A DNA stretch of 64,000 nucleotides from Raja brachyura (Eukaryota). Below the pieces are notes generated by a model that was not told the origin of the DNA, ran no database searches, and saw nothing but the letters and a program-made list of their open reading frames with translations. The stretch spans positions 14,818,001 to 14,882,000 of the forward strand of contig OY740813.1 in NCBI GenBank assembly GCA_963514005.1, given 5' to 3'. Position numbers and translations under genes: made by a program. Below are positions 25,411 through 37,364 of this stretch, one piece after another. Each line of letters starts with the position of its first letter. The stretch's first letter is position 1.

Positions 25411-26310
25411 CTGTTTCAGTATAGAAAATATGTCAGCCAATTTATGGAAACAATAGACTCTAACAACCACTCATTGGTTTGGCAACAAAATCAGAATCAC
25501 GAGGAAGAACAATTTTCCTGCTGAGCCTTTTTTTAAACTGTTGTAAATGTTTTCACTTCCACTCCTGAAGGTACAGAATTTTGCCATGTGATGTCAAGCC
25601 AACTGCACAACGGGTGGCACAAGAGGATTCAACTGTGGGTGGTTAACAGCCAAATTCAGTACCTCTAATTGAAACACATACCCCCATGAAGGTTCCAGTT
25701 GAAGCAGGAATCGTGCCTGGCTCATCTCCGAGAGAAACCCAGGGGTGTTTCATCTGGGCCTGAGGCCTTTGTGTGTTTTATATTCCTCAATAGCATGTTG
25801 GCGACTTCAAACAACCAAGGCACTGCAGAAATAGCTCACCTTAAATGTTATGCATAATGGTAGGGGACCCTCTTATGTTAATTTGGAATTGTCAGGAGGG
25901 TTATCAAGTATGTGGGTCAGGCTACTTCAAGATATAACGTGGTGCTCACTTGCTCTTAATAATCCTCTTGTTGACTCTGGATTAGTTCCACCATCAATCA
26001 CCCAGTGATACTGTATGTGTTTCCTCCTGGTCTGGTCTCCATGACAACAGATTATACTACAATCAAAGCCAAATAACCTCTCCTTTACTTTTTTTATTCA
26101 GTCTTTTGTTATTTTGTTCTGCCTACCCCCTTCTTCTCCGCAGAAGGGAGCCAGAGTTCCTGTGCTGAAGCAGGATCACTTTATCACCAGACCCTAAGGG
26201 CAGCTCCGTTTAAGATTGCGCAGGTCAAGGAGTCACCACAACCCTTGCTTCCTCTGTCTTGCCCTGCGTTATGGGCTGGGGTGCGTGAGTGAACGCATTG
26301 TTGAAAATTT

Positions 26311-26359
26311 AAAAAAATGATGCTATGTTGACACAATGTCAACATAGTATCATTTTTTT
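26311..26359. repeat. near-perfect 23 bp inverted repeat with 3 nt spacer
   Basis: AAAAAAATGATGCTATGTTGACA-caa-TGTCAACATAGTATCATTTTTTT, one mismatch. Confidence 0.9.
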
Positions 26360-27159
26360 TTAATGTAATGGTATGCTTGGGATAATGGATGAAGACAAGT
26401 AAATGTCCTGCATTGTATCATTTCAAATTTTGGAGATAAAATAATTGTTTGGGGGGGAGAAAATCCTCATATATGAACTCTCGTCCAACCCTAACAGAGT
26501 GAGGGTCACCTGATTCAGCAGGCTGAGTAGAACAGGTTAGTGGAACGTCATTTAACGTTCCATGCTCATAGACCACTATATAAAACCATCTTGACTGAGG
26601 AAAGTACTGACTAGTTGCAGCTGTGTTGGGATAAACAGAGGATGTAACTGGAAGCCCAGGGGTTGGTGAGGGCAGAGCAGAAGATGCTTTAGTTTACATC
26701 TGGGAGATCTTTTACTAATACGGAGCACCTGGAATCAAAGTTTTCTCTTCACAAGGATCAATGCCTGTCAACATGTTCATCACAGGAAAATGTCACAAAA
26801 AATAGAACAATGCTTGTAAATGCATCCGTTTACGAGGCACACTGTCATTTAATGTCGATCCCTAATGGTCCCCAGAGAGCAGTGAGGGTGACACTCTTTG
26901 GTGGATCTGCAATCACAAATAATTCCAACCTATATTTCCTTCCCAATTAGTTTCATGGCCATCATTACTGATACAGCCCTTGTGTAATTTACTTGAATTT
27001 ACCTGTTATGTAGAATTTGAATTCATGTCATCAGATTATCTGACCTCCACTTTCTAGCCCAGTCAGGCACTGACACTAGCTGCCATGGTTTGGATGGGCC
27101 ACCATTCTGACAGTAGTCAGAAACAAAGACTTGCTCCATTGTGCAAATGTATTCAATCC

Positions 27160-27783
27160 TGTCCCGGGTGGGGCTGGCCGGCCTCGGAGCGTGGGGAGCG
27201 GTGGTGGCTCGCCGGTGCAGCCCGACTCCGGGCTCCGGAACTCCGCGTGGGGAGCGGTGGTGGCTCGCCGCTGCGGCCCGACTCCCGACTCCGGGTGGAC
27301 TGTGATATCGGGAGCTCGCGGGTCCGGGTGAGAGACCGGTCTCCGGAGCTCCCGCAACACAGCTTCTCCGGCCCGTGTCGCGGGGTTAGAGCGACCCGGA
27401 GCGGGGCCGTACATCGCCCGGCGCGGCTTCGGTGTCCGCGGGACATTCCAGCGGGACATTCCAGCGCCTGCCGGGGGCTCCAACGCTGTGACTTTGACTT
27501 TGGGCCTAGAGCGGGGCCGTACATCACCCGGCCCGGGCCTGGGACTTGGCACCGCCCGCCTGCAGCTTCGACCTCAGGAGAGAAATGGTGCGGGGGAGAG
27601 AGAAGACTTTGCCTTCCATCACAGTGAGGAGGAGATCCACTGTGATGGATGTTTGTGTCAATTGAATTGTTTGTGTGTTTTTTTATGAATTGTTCTGGTT
27701 GTAGAAACGGAGTTTCGTTCGAGCCTCTCTGAGGTTCGAATGACAAGCAATAAAATCAAATCAAATCAAATCAAATCAAATCA
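27160..27783 (+). mobile_element. young CpG-rich retroposon with internal duplications, L2/Rex-type 3' end and (TCAAA)n tail
   Basis: Abrupt GC-rich block, duplicated sub-repeats, hairpin ccatcacagtg..cactgtgatgg, tttcgttcga...tcgaatgacaagcaataaa(atcaa)n. Confidence 0.7.
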
Positions 27784-28354
27784 GGTGCGCAACAACAGGA
27801 GAGTCCACTCTATCTTTGTCCCATTCTACGTCATGTTTCTTTCTCTCTAACAGATGCTATCTAACTTAATGAGTATTTCCATCACTATCTGGATAACTTG
27901 CATTTCTCCCTGTGTGCCAGAATTTATGCAGGAATATCTTGCTCTATTTTTCTTGCTCTCACTACTCTCCTGCAAAGGTACCACAACTCCAACAGCACCA
28001 TTGGACAGATGCATCAACTCCGCTCATCTATCTTCCAGTGAGAGATGTGATTAGGATGTTGCTGTGCACAAACACAGTTTTCGAATTAAAGTCTGGAATA
28101 ACAATTCTGAAGCGACAAAGGAAAACAAAAGAGAGCTCATGATGGTAAACTATTGAAGGAAATGACACATAAACAATTATAAGCCTAACAGTGAAAGGGA
28201 AATCCTCTGCAGTCAAGTTCCAAGTATCTGACTGACTTCCTTTCTGGTTCATTTTGTACAAGTCAACAATTTATAAAGTACAGCAGCCACATGGGTTTAA
28301 AATAAGGTTATCCACCATTCTGAGGAGCTTTCAGGCCTTCTGCAAGTGCTAGGT

Positions 28355-28665
28355 CCTTATTGAGGTATTTCAGATCATGAGGGGCATGGATAAAGTAAAT
28401 GCTCTGTCTTTGTTACCAAGATGGTGGATTCTAATACAAGAAGGCATATCGTGAGAAGGAAGGGATTTAAGTGGGACCTCAGGGGCAACTTTTTCATTCA
28501 TTCATTTTATTCATTTTCATTCCATATCAGGAATTAGCTGCCAGAGAAACTTTAGAAGCAGATACAGTGAGCTATGAGCCAATTGCCAGCACAAGGTATG
28601 CCAAATAGGTTTGCATGGACATGGTGGGTCAAAGGACCTGTTTCCGTGCTGTACAGCTCGAATGA
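28355..28665 (+). mobile_element. CR1/HER1 3' fragment
   Basis: cttattgaggtatttcagatcatgaggggcatggataa...ggacctgtttccgtgctgta. Confidence 0.7.
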
Positions 28666-29249
28666 TATTAAGGCCCTTAGATATGTCTGTCACCAAAGTC
28701 ACACATCTGGTCACTGGAACTTTGGAGCATGTCAGAAACTGCTAATGATAATTTGGAAACTTCACCCTTGGGCTCAGATTTCCCACCCAAATTTGCCTCT
28801 GCAATCTCCTCCATTCCGACAAGCGTTTGGGATCCCTGCATGCCTCCAATTCTGTCCCAATGCACAACCCAGATTTTAATTTTTTCACCTTGATGGACAT
28901 GTAATGGGTTCAAAGTATTGAAGTTCTCTAGGAGGCGGCCATTTGGCCCATTAAAGCTCTCATTCCCCCGTCTATTTCCCTGTAATCTCTTCTCTCTTTA
29001 ACAACAAAATTTGAAAGACATTTGGACAGGTATATGGAAAGGAAAAGTATAGAGGGCTGTGGGCCAAACTCAGGCAAATAAAACCAGCTTAGACGGGTCA
29101 TCTTGATTGGCATGGGCGAGTTGGTCGAGGGGCTTGTGTCTATGCTGTGTAATCCATGATTCTGTCCATTTCCATTAACTGCACACGGATTCTTCTACCA
29201 ACCATCTATACTAGGGGCCATTTACAGTAGCCAATTAATTTATCAAGCA

Positions 29250-29509
29250 GTGTAGGAAAGAACTGCAGATGCTGGTTTAAATCGAAGGTAAACACAAAAT
29301 GCTGGAGTAACTCCTGGGACAGGGCAGCATCTTTGGGGAGAAGGAATGGGTGACATTTCGGGTCGGGACTGTTCTTCAGACTGATGTCAGAGGAGCCCAC
29401 TTCCCTGACATCAGTCTGAAGAAGGGTCTCTACCCTAAACGTCACCCATTCCTTCTCTCCAGAGATGCTGCCTGCCCCGCTGAGTTACTCCAGCATTTTG
29501 TGTCTACTT
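29250..29509. mobile_element. full Penelope-derived fold-back insertion with opposed hammerhead motifs, nested in a minus-strand HE1 SINE (about 29195-29630)
   Basis: Exact 15 bp TSD TTAATTTATCAAGCA (29235-29249 / 29510-29524); inverted arms around a short loop; tail on the left arm only. Confidence 0.88.
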
Positions 29510-31221
29510 TTAATTTATCAAGCATCCATCTTTAGGATGTAGGGGGGAACCAGATCACCCGGGGAAAAGAGCGGCAGACACAGGAAGACCATGCAAGCTC
29601 CACACGGACACCGCCCAAGGTCAGAATAGACCCATGCCCCACCCCTATCCTTCCTACTTCTAAGTTTCTTTTAAATATTCCCTTAAAACCTTCATCTTTA
29701 ATTAAGCATTCTCCCCAATTTTTATGTGAGGCCAATGATAAATTCTATCAGACGACTTCCTTGTGAAATTCTCTGCAATATCTTTATTCCATTGAAGGCA
29801 TTGCACAAATCCAATGGTTTTGTTTCATGCCGATGAAGACACTGCAGTTAAAATCAATTTTTAGCATAATATTCCTTGTTCACCTTCGATAAAAACCATT
29901 CTTTCCTGCATCATTTGAAGACATTTCTGAAATTGTAAACCCTAGAGCATCGGCACAACCCCACCCTCTCTATCGCAATCCCACCACTTTATTCTGTAAG
30001 TACTGGCTATTTGCTTGGATTGAATTCTGATGCCTTTGGTGGTCATCCTTGTCATCGGTCCAGCTAATGATGCCACATAGAGGGATCTCAGCTGGGCACC
30101 TCCCATCCTCATCCAGCAGGAATCTCCAGATGCCAGAAACCTTGAGGAATCAGATCCCCAATGAGTCCAGAATAATTAGGCTAATTCTGTTACAGTTAAA
30201 ATCAGCCAACTAGGGAGAAACCAGGATCAGATCACATCAACCGAGCTCAGTGCTGTACGTCCAGCTTCTGATTCAGTCTAAGGAAGACCACATGAGGTGC
30301 ATTCATGTATTCTGTTAACAGAACATTGTTGACCTAATACAGAGAACTTATTAAAATTGGTGCAGAGATCAGCAGTTAACAAATGCAAACAGCATATTAA
30401 GGGAAAATTCAGCCACCAGTTAGTTCCCTCTTCCTCTCTATGCCTTTCATTTGATCTCCTTGAAGATAAGAGTTAGTCTTGGTATCATGTTTGGCACAGA
30501 CATTGTGGGCCGAAGGGCCTGTTCTTTTGCTGTACCGTTCTATGCTCTGTGTTCTACGTCCTCCTTATCTTTTCAATTGTTCTTTTTATCCTTACCTGGC
30601 ATGTTCTCCTGACTTGCATTCACTTCCTCTGTCCTAAGTGTCTTTCTGCATTCTCTGATCATTTCCATGTAGATGTCTTACTATCTGCTCTTGCGTGCCT
30701 GTCTCTTTAATACTGTTGTGCATTTTATGCACTGACCCTATGTGTCACAATTGTAGCTATCTTTGACATTCTCAGTCCACCTCTAATTATTGCTCTGGGC
30801 CTCTTCTAACAGATTACGGACTCTCACTTTTTGACAGCCTTCAACCAACCTGACTATTATTTAATTGTGCACCCAGAAGCTTTGTCACAGCAGCAGACAC
30901 AAGGAACTTTCAACTCATGGCTACTTAAACAAACTTTGGCAGTTGTTATACTTAAAAACAGCGGCATGCTCAATCTGCAACAGTGATGGAATCGCTACAG
31001 ACGCACCAAATCCTTCCAGTGAGAACGAAAGTTGTTTCAGAAACAAAGAGGAAAGTGAAGAAAACTTAAGCTGAAAGCCTGTTAAACAGTGAATCCTAAA
31101 TTCCACCCCAGACTGAAAATGTAATTTTATTCAAAGCAACAGCTGGATTAGGTTAACTTCACAAAGCCAAGAAGAACATAGGGGAGAGGGGGAAAAATAG
31201 ACAAAAGCATATCCAACCTAC

Positions 31222-31262
31222 CTCAGACCCATGGTCCAGCCTCCGCCGGCTAGTTCTGTCAT
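31222..31262 (-). CDS. SH2D3C: SH2D3C alternative first coding exon of a short isoform (MTELAGGGWTMGL+S)
   Basis: ATG ACA GAA CTA GCC GGC GGA GGC TGG ACC ATG GGT CTG AG|gtaggt: 41 nt, phase-2 donor compatible with exon 3. Same position (between exons 2 and 3) and similar length as the short MT- start I recall for mammalian NSP3/CHAT. Confidence 0.65.
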
Positions 31263-32271
31263 CTGTCCTCACTTACTTATTATGCCTCCAAACAGGAGTG
31301 AGTGGCTCTTGTCTTGCTCCGCTGAGCAACAATTGAGGTACTCAGCACCCACTGTAAAGGCTTGACTGACAGTCTCACAGAGAGACTAATCCAATCTCAA
31401 CAGAGAGAGGAAAGAACTACTTACGGAATGTACCAAGACAGCCAAGTGAGGGGGCAGGGATTTAATCCCATTTTTTGCCTGGCCGCTGAATTTTCTTTAA
31501 AGTATTTGATAAAATTACTGATGAGGTATAACATTCAGAAGTTTGACCTTGTGAATGGGATTATAGGATTGTAGTAAAACCTCGTCTCCCCACATATGAA
31601 TGAACATTCTGTCTTGTTGAAAAAAATCTCATCATCTCCAGCCACGACTTTCTCACGCATTATGCAGTTTTACTCCATGTACTACTTGTACTGGAGAATT
31701 AAACTATTTAAGCTCCTTTATTCGAGTTCAAGACTATTTGTGTTTAGCTTCTTGTTTAATATCTGCCAGATTTACTAATCACTTTAGTTGGACAATGACC
31801 AACATTTTTCAGTACAACTTACGTAACTTTAATGAGTTGAATTCATTTATCCAGTATAACTTATCTGAGAGCAAAATCAATTAGAAATTTCAGTTTCTAG
31901 TGAAGAAAAGTATCTCCAATTGGGAAAACAGGAAGCAGCCTTGAGTTTAAAGGCTGTTGGATATACCCCCCACCCCCCCCCCCCCCCCCACCCCCCACAC
32001 CCCACAAGTTTAGTTCAATGTCAATAGCTTTTTCTTGTTTGTTTACTTCTAGTTTATATTGATTTCTGACAACTACATGCAGACTAGCCATTTTGCTGCA
32101 GGTGCTAGCTTGACCATGACACCTTCCCCAGTCAAGTAGCCAGTCAAGATTTAGCTGTAATTCTTGCTGCAAAGTCAAACACCAGCAGCTGCAGGTTACA
32201 TTAATGCAGTTTCTTCAATCTAGATTTTTTTAAAATTCTAAGATACTTAACGGACACTTAACAGATACTTA

Positions 32272-32476
32272 AGGGCCTGTCCCACATGGGCGTCATTTGC
32301 GCATCATTTACGCATCACGACGCACGCCGCGCGCGTCATGATGCGCAAGTGATGCGCGCATGGTGCGCATTACACGCGCATGGTGCGTGGTGGCGTAAGC
32401 AGTGATTTTGGGATGTACAAAATCTTCGCGCGCCATCTGCGTGACGTACAAATGACGCCCAAGTGGGACAGGCCCT
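32272..32476. mobile_element. PIF/Harbinger-type MITE (family A, second copy)
   Basis: AGGGCCTGTCCCAC...GTGGGACAGGCCCT with TTA on both sides; homologous to 19220-19466. Confidence 0.85.
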
Positions 32477-33757
32477 TTAGAGAATGCTTAACGGATACTT
32501 AGAGAAAAACTGGACCAACCCAGCAATGACTCGAGGTGGGGTTTGGTTAAAGAACTACATTTTAAAGGAGAGAAGCAGAAGGAGTGTGGGCCAGGAATTT
32601 CAGAGTGTGGGCCCCAGGTAAATGAATGCAACACCAGAAATGGTAAGGGACCAGGATTGGAAAGATATAAAGAGAGCAGGTTATTGGGCCTTGGGAAAAT
32701 CTTCACCCATTCCATAATGTAAGCAGAACCTGCCAAATCTTTATTGAGAACTCATAACCCACATTTCCATTAATATTCTTGCCCACTGATGCATGGCCAT
32801 TTGGATGAGTTTCTGAATGGTTACTGATTCTCATAGAATTGGTCCAGAATCCAAGAGGAGAAAGCATGGAAGGAGATCTGTCCGGGGTACGTCCGTGTTG
32901 ATCAATAATGGGTAGACCACGGGAATTCCAGAGGTATATCCTACAAGGAGTATATGTGTGTAGAAAGATTAGTATGGGTTCACCCACCTAGATCCGAAAA
33001 GACCAGAGTAACTCTTGACAGACCTGAATTGATCTGGAAGTAGTCAACTGACACCAATGTGACTGCACCATGGTTGGTCTAGGCCATCATAGGTTGACCA
33101 TTATAACTTTGGGCTTGTCTGATCTCTTTGTTCTTTTATTCTAGCTGTTGTAACCAGGTTATAATATTACAGCACAAATTCAGCCCAACTCATCCATGCT
33201 AACAAAGATGCCCCTTCTAAGATAGTCTCAGATAGTCACAGAGGTGTCCTTATGCAATGGTCCTTTCGGGGATCAGGGTTTCTCCATCAGCAGCACAGCA
33301 GTGGAAAATGACCCCAGAACAATTTTATTCATACAATTGAGTTCCCCATAATCAGCAGTTTCATTTTATTAAAGGAAGGATGAGCAATTCCACATCTCTA
33401 AAAGGATTATGGTTTGCAATGACCTATGGAACAAATGCACATTCCATCATTGCCCCTGTCAGTTTCTGCTCCTCTCTCCCTCCCCAATTCTAAAAGACTT
33501 GAATAGTTCACTGGGGTGCAGTTTCAGGTACCTCACCTGGGTGGTTCCAGGCACCTCACCAAGACCTCGTTGGTGGCGACAATCAGGGGCTCTCTCCAAA
33601 ATGAGTTTAGGGTCAAATGAAAATGTCAAAACTGAGGCCAATATTTTTTTTTTGGGCAGGGGCTATTAAATGTTAAGAAAACAAAGGGAGTTGATGAAGT
33701 CAACAAACAGATGCCCTGTGAACTGTCGCAATGATGGTTTGAGGGCCTAAGTGACCT

Positions 33758-33886
33758 GGTCTGAAGAAGGGTCTCCGAAACATCACCCATTCCTTCTCTC
33801 CAGAGATGCTGCCTGTCCCGCTGAGTTACTCCAGCTTTTTGTGTCTATCTTCGGTTTAAACCAGCATCTGCAATTCCTTCCTACAC
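33758..33886 (+). mobile_element. Penelope pLTR-only fragment with tail
   Basis: ggtCTGAAGAagggtctccGAAAcatcacc...ccagcatctgcaattccttcctacac. Confidence 0.75.
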
Positions 33887-34150
33887 ATTTGGTCTAATAC
33901 CTGCTTCGATTCCCAGCAGTCTACAGACTGCGTGGCATGGGAGGGTACGGTGAGGAGATATCTCAGCATGATCCCAGTGTTCAATGATCACCATTGATGT
34001 ACTTGGCCTCAGAGCATTTTATTTGGGGCTCAGAAGTAGAAACTCCCTCCGATTTTCCCTTGCTAACCCAAGGACATCAAATTCAATTGGGGCTTTCCTT
34101 TTGGTTGAGGAAGTTAACGCCGAAGAGGAAACTGAACTTGTAACTTGCTG

Positions 34151-34329
34151 GTAGACAATAATGCTGGAGAAACTCAGCGGGTGAGGCAGCATCTATGGAG
34201 CGAAGGAAATAGGCAACCTTTCGGGTCGAAATCCTTCTTCAGACTGATAGATGCTGCGTCACCCATTGAGTTTCTGCAGCATTTTTGTCAACCTTCGGTT
34301 ATCCAGCATCTGCAGTTCCTTCTTAAACA
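34151..34329. mobile_element. Penelope-derived fold-back insertion
   Basis: Exact 13 bp TSD TTGTAACTTGCTG (34138-34150 / 34330-34342); minus-strand hammerhead core near 34212-34245. Confidence 0.85.
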
Positions 34330-34659
34330 TTGTAACTTGCTGCTCTGTGTTTTCTAGCTAAGTGCCATTTTAACCAGCCAAACTATTTCCATAAACATTG
34401 TCTGCAGTTGAATTGCCAGGACCATTATTATGAGAAATATGATATGGTATTGTCAAGAATTGATCAAAATGGGTCAAGCCAAGTGTATATGAACTTTGCG
34501 AAGAATTGGGTCTGCACCTTACTAACACACTGTTCCATGTTAATAATACAGGCAAGGTGAGAAAAAGGCTCAATTTGCAGACATGTCCTGTAACCTCCAT
34601 GAGCAGCATTGCTTAATTAAACGATAAAGGAGTTTCCACAACAAACACAGCTACTGGAG

Positions 34660-36295
34660 GCACAGGAAACTGCAGATGCTGGAATCACGCGCAACTAACA
34701 ATCAACTGTAAAAACTCAGCAGGCCAATCGGCATCTACTGTACAAGAGGAGTGGCAGTGGGGGGGGGGGGGGGGGGGTTGGTATGTTGAACAGTTGACGT
34801 TTCAAGTCAAAACCCTCTATCAGAGAGCTATTGACTTCTTGAGTCATTTTAACTGGTTAAATGTTGGAATTAGTGGCCTCTTTGAATATGATGATGGTCT
34901 TAGAAGGGCCCTGCTAACCTGAATGAGTCCGATGTGAATTCCTTTTTTTCCCTACAAAAGTCATCCTGGATTGTTCCACAGGTTCTCCCTTCAACAAGGG
35001 AGAGGGGTGGGATAGAGGTTGGTAGGCAATGGATAGAACAAGACGGGGAATGGATGATGGACAGATAAAGCCAGTGGAAGGAGTGGGAGGGTAGTGCAGA
35101 GACCAGTAGGTGATAGGTGAAACTAGATGAGGAGAGACGATGGGTAGTTGGAACCATGTAGGTGGGAAAATGGGAATGATGGACAAAGAAGATAGACAAA
35201 TGTGTGTGGGAGTGGACACAAGAGGTGAGGGGTTCCCTGAGATTGACAAATTTAACGTATACTACCCAAATGGAATAGGAGATACAGTTCTTCCAATTTG
35301 CATTTGGTTTCTCCGTAGCAATAGAGAGGGTTGAGGACAGACACGCCAATGTCTAGGTGAAAGGACAAAGGACAATGTCGAGGTGAAAGGGAAAGCTAAA
35401 TTGACATACAGCTAAGCTCAGGGTGACTATTACGTGCTTTGCAAAATGACTGCCTAGCATATACTTGGTTTCACCAATGTAAAGGAAGCCACATCATGTA
35501 CACTGGTCTAAAGAGGTACAGATGAAACCAAGCATAAACTAGGCAACCATTTTGGGAAGCCCCCTGCATTATGACTGCCACAGCCATCTCAAGTTCTAAT
35601 TGCATGCCATTTCAACTCTGCTTCCCACTTTGACCAATCTCTCCTTGGACTTCTCCATTGCTAAGGAAAGGCTAAACGCTAATTGAAAAGACAACATCTC
35701 AATTCCACTTATGCAACTTACAAACAAAAGTCATGAACATTGAATTTTTCCGTTTTAGCGAACCCACTCCCCTAGTATTCCCCTACACATACACAGCTGT
35801 CAACCTAGTTTTTTTTACTCCCTTTGTTCACCTTGCCCATTCCCTATCCACCTGGTTTTCATCTGAAAATGATTCCCTTGCTATCTGGTCCCCCTTATCG
35901 CCAACCAACCTCTAACCCATCTCAGTCCTTGGTTTCTTGGTTTCTTGGTTACTTGGTCCTCCAAAATATTCCAACTGGAATTTAAACTGGAGGTGGTGAA
36001 GGGAGGGGTTAAGCCAGAGAGGGTTATTGGGAAGAAAGTGCCACTTTAAATTTAGTTGCATCTGGCTGGGCAACCGTGCAGCCAGATGCAACTAGATAGC
36101 AACCAGATGCAACTTTCTCTATTCTACTGCCACAAAGTGGCAATCTTTCTTCTACCCTCTCAGGCGCAAGTGTAGGGTATTAACCAAGAATGTTAACTTG
36201 CATTTTTCACTTCCACAAATGCCACTTGACCTGCCGAGTTCTTCCAGTGTTCTGCTTTTTTGTTCTATAATCCAGAATCTTCAATCTTTTTGTAA
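34660..36295. mobile_element. old Penelope-like element as two inverted 3' halves meeting near 35520
   Basis: Minus half has YIGETK and pLTR at the left end; plus half has ETK..LGNHF...HFNS...MNIEFFRFSE and pLTR at the right end. Confidence 0.65.
35928..36161 (-). mobile_element. very short LINE 3' end with (AAACCAAG)n tail and fold-back 5' junction
   Basis: Minus frame AQPDATKFKVALSSQ* (stop 36024-36026), short UTR, tandem tail; inverted copies of its own sequence at 36079-36161. Confidence 0.55.
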
Positions 36296-36703
36296 TCAAG
36301 AAATTGTCAGAATTCATATAGCACTGATTAGGTAGACTGAATGGCTCTCATTCTTTCTGGGGCTTATTTTTTTTATTATATCCAACTTGAATAATTGAAA
36401 CAAGATTTTTATTAAAGACCTAAATTAGGGTAGAAATAATTTGCTAATCAAATGCAACATTTATTTGTAATTAAAGTTGAGTAATGTTACTCAAGTTTTA
36501 TACAGTTCTCCCTTTCATCGGTTGCCAATCCAGGTTGATTCAATTTAACCTCTATTAAAATTGATTGTGAAACATAAAATAAAAGGAAAATTTATCAACT
36601 GTAGAGTTTTCCCAAAAACATTTCAAAGTTTTGAAGTACAATATAAATGTTTTCATTTCCCAGATTATGACCTGAGCACAAGAAAGACCATAGATGATCC
36701 TAC

Positions 36704-37364
36704 CTGTCATCTGTCAGCTCACTCTTCTCAGCTGTGATTTCTGATCCTGTATGATTACATTGTTCAACTCTATCGTTAGCAGGAAACGTCTGAACCTCTC
36801 CATTTGCAAGTTCATTTGATTTGCTCTGGCCATCTTTAAGTTGGGGTTCAACGTGTCTCTTCTGATCATCCTTATTTCGATGAGGAGATGACTGGGCTGA
36901 GTTTGATGTTGGTGCTTCAGAGTCAAAGAACTCTGGCTTTACATGGTTGCTGCTCTGACATTCCTGGGCAATACCGATCTTGTCTGGCTGAGCCACCACA
37001 GCCAGCGATTGCTCCTTATCCGATGTTTCGTTTTGGTCACTATTTGGCACGGGTGGCAAAGGGCCAAGTCTACTCCTTCCTTTGGTCTGTCCTTCAGCTG
37101 CGCATGGCTTTTTGTTGGGCTTCTCAGCCCTGTTAGAGTTCCGACGTGGCATTGTGCCAATGTAGGTGTACATTTCACTTGATCGGACATAGCTGGGACT
37201 GCGGGGCACGGTTTCCAAATCATCCAAAGTTTCCTGCACGGTCTCCCGACAAATCTGGAAATCTAGATGGTTGCCTCCCAACTCTTTCTTCTTAATGTCA
37301 GAAGAACTGCTGAAAGACCGTCGGATGTTTGTTAAACTGCCAAAACCCTTAAACTTAAAGAACT
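36704..37364 (-). CDS. SH2D3C: SH2D3C exon 2 (661 bp), N-terminal region of the long (CHAT-H-like) isoform
   Basis: Acceptor ccctttgtttcag|AG TTC TTT AAG, donor GAC AG|gtagga, open frame throughout. FFKFKGFGSLTNIRRSF and TVPRSPSYVRSSEMYTYIGTMPR match mammalian SH2D3C FFKFKGFGSLSNLPRSF and TVPKSPPAYARSSDMYSHMGTMPR (recalled). Confidence 0.92.

Noticed and set aside
27076-27746. Overlapping 158-197 aa ORFs
   Set aside because: Low-complexity Arg/Pro/Gly products on both strands, caused by high GC in a repeat.
32703-32987. 94 aa ORF with SRGLPII resembling the Penelope RT PGRPI motif
   Set aside because: Single short motif; insufficient evidence.
36700-37281. 193 aa ORF as a standalone gene
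   Set aside because: It starts at a TTG inside exon 2 and its stop is the intron donor gtag; it is part of spliced SH2D3C.
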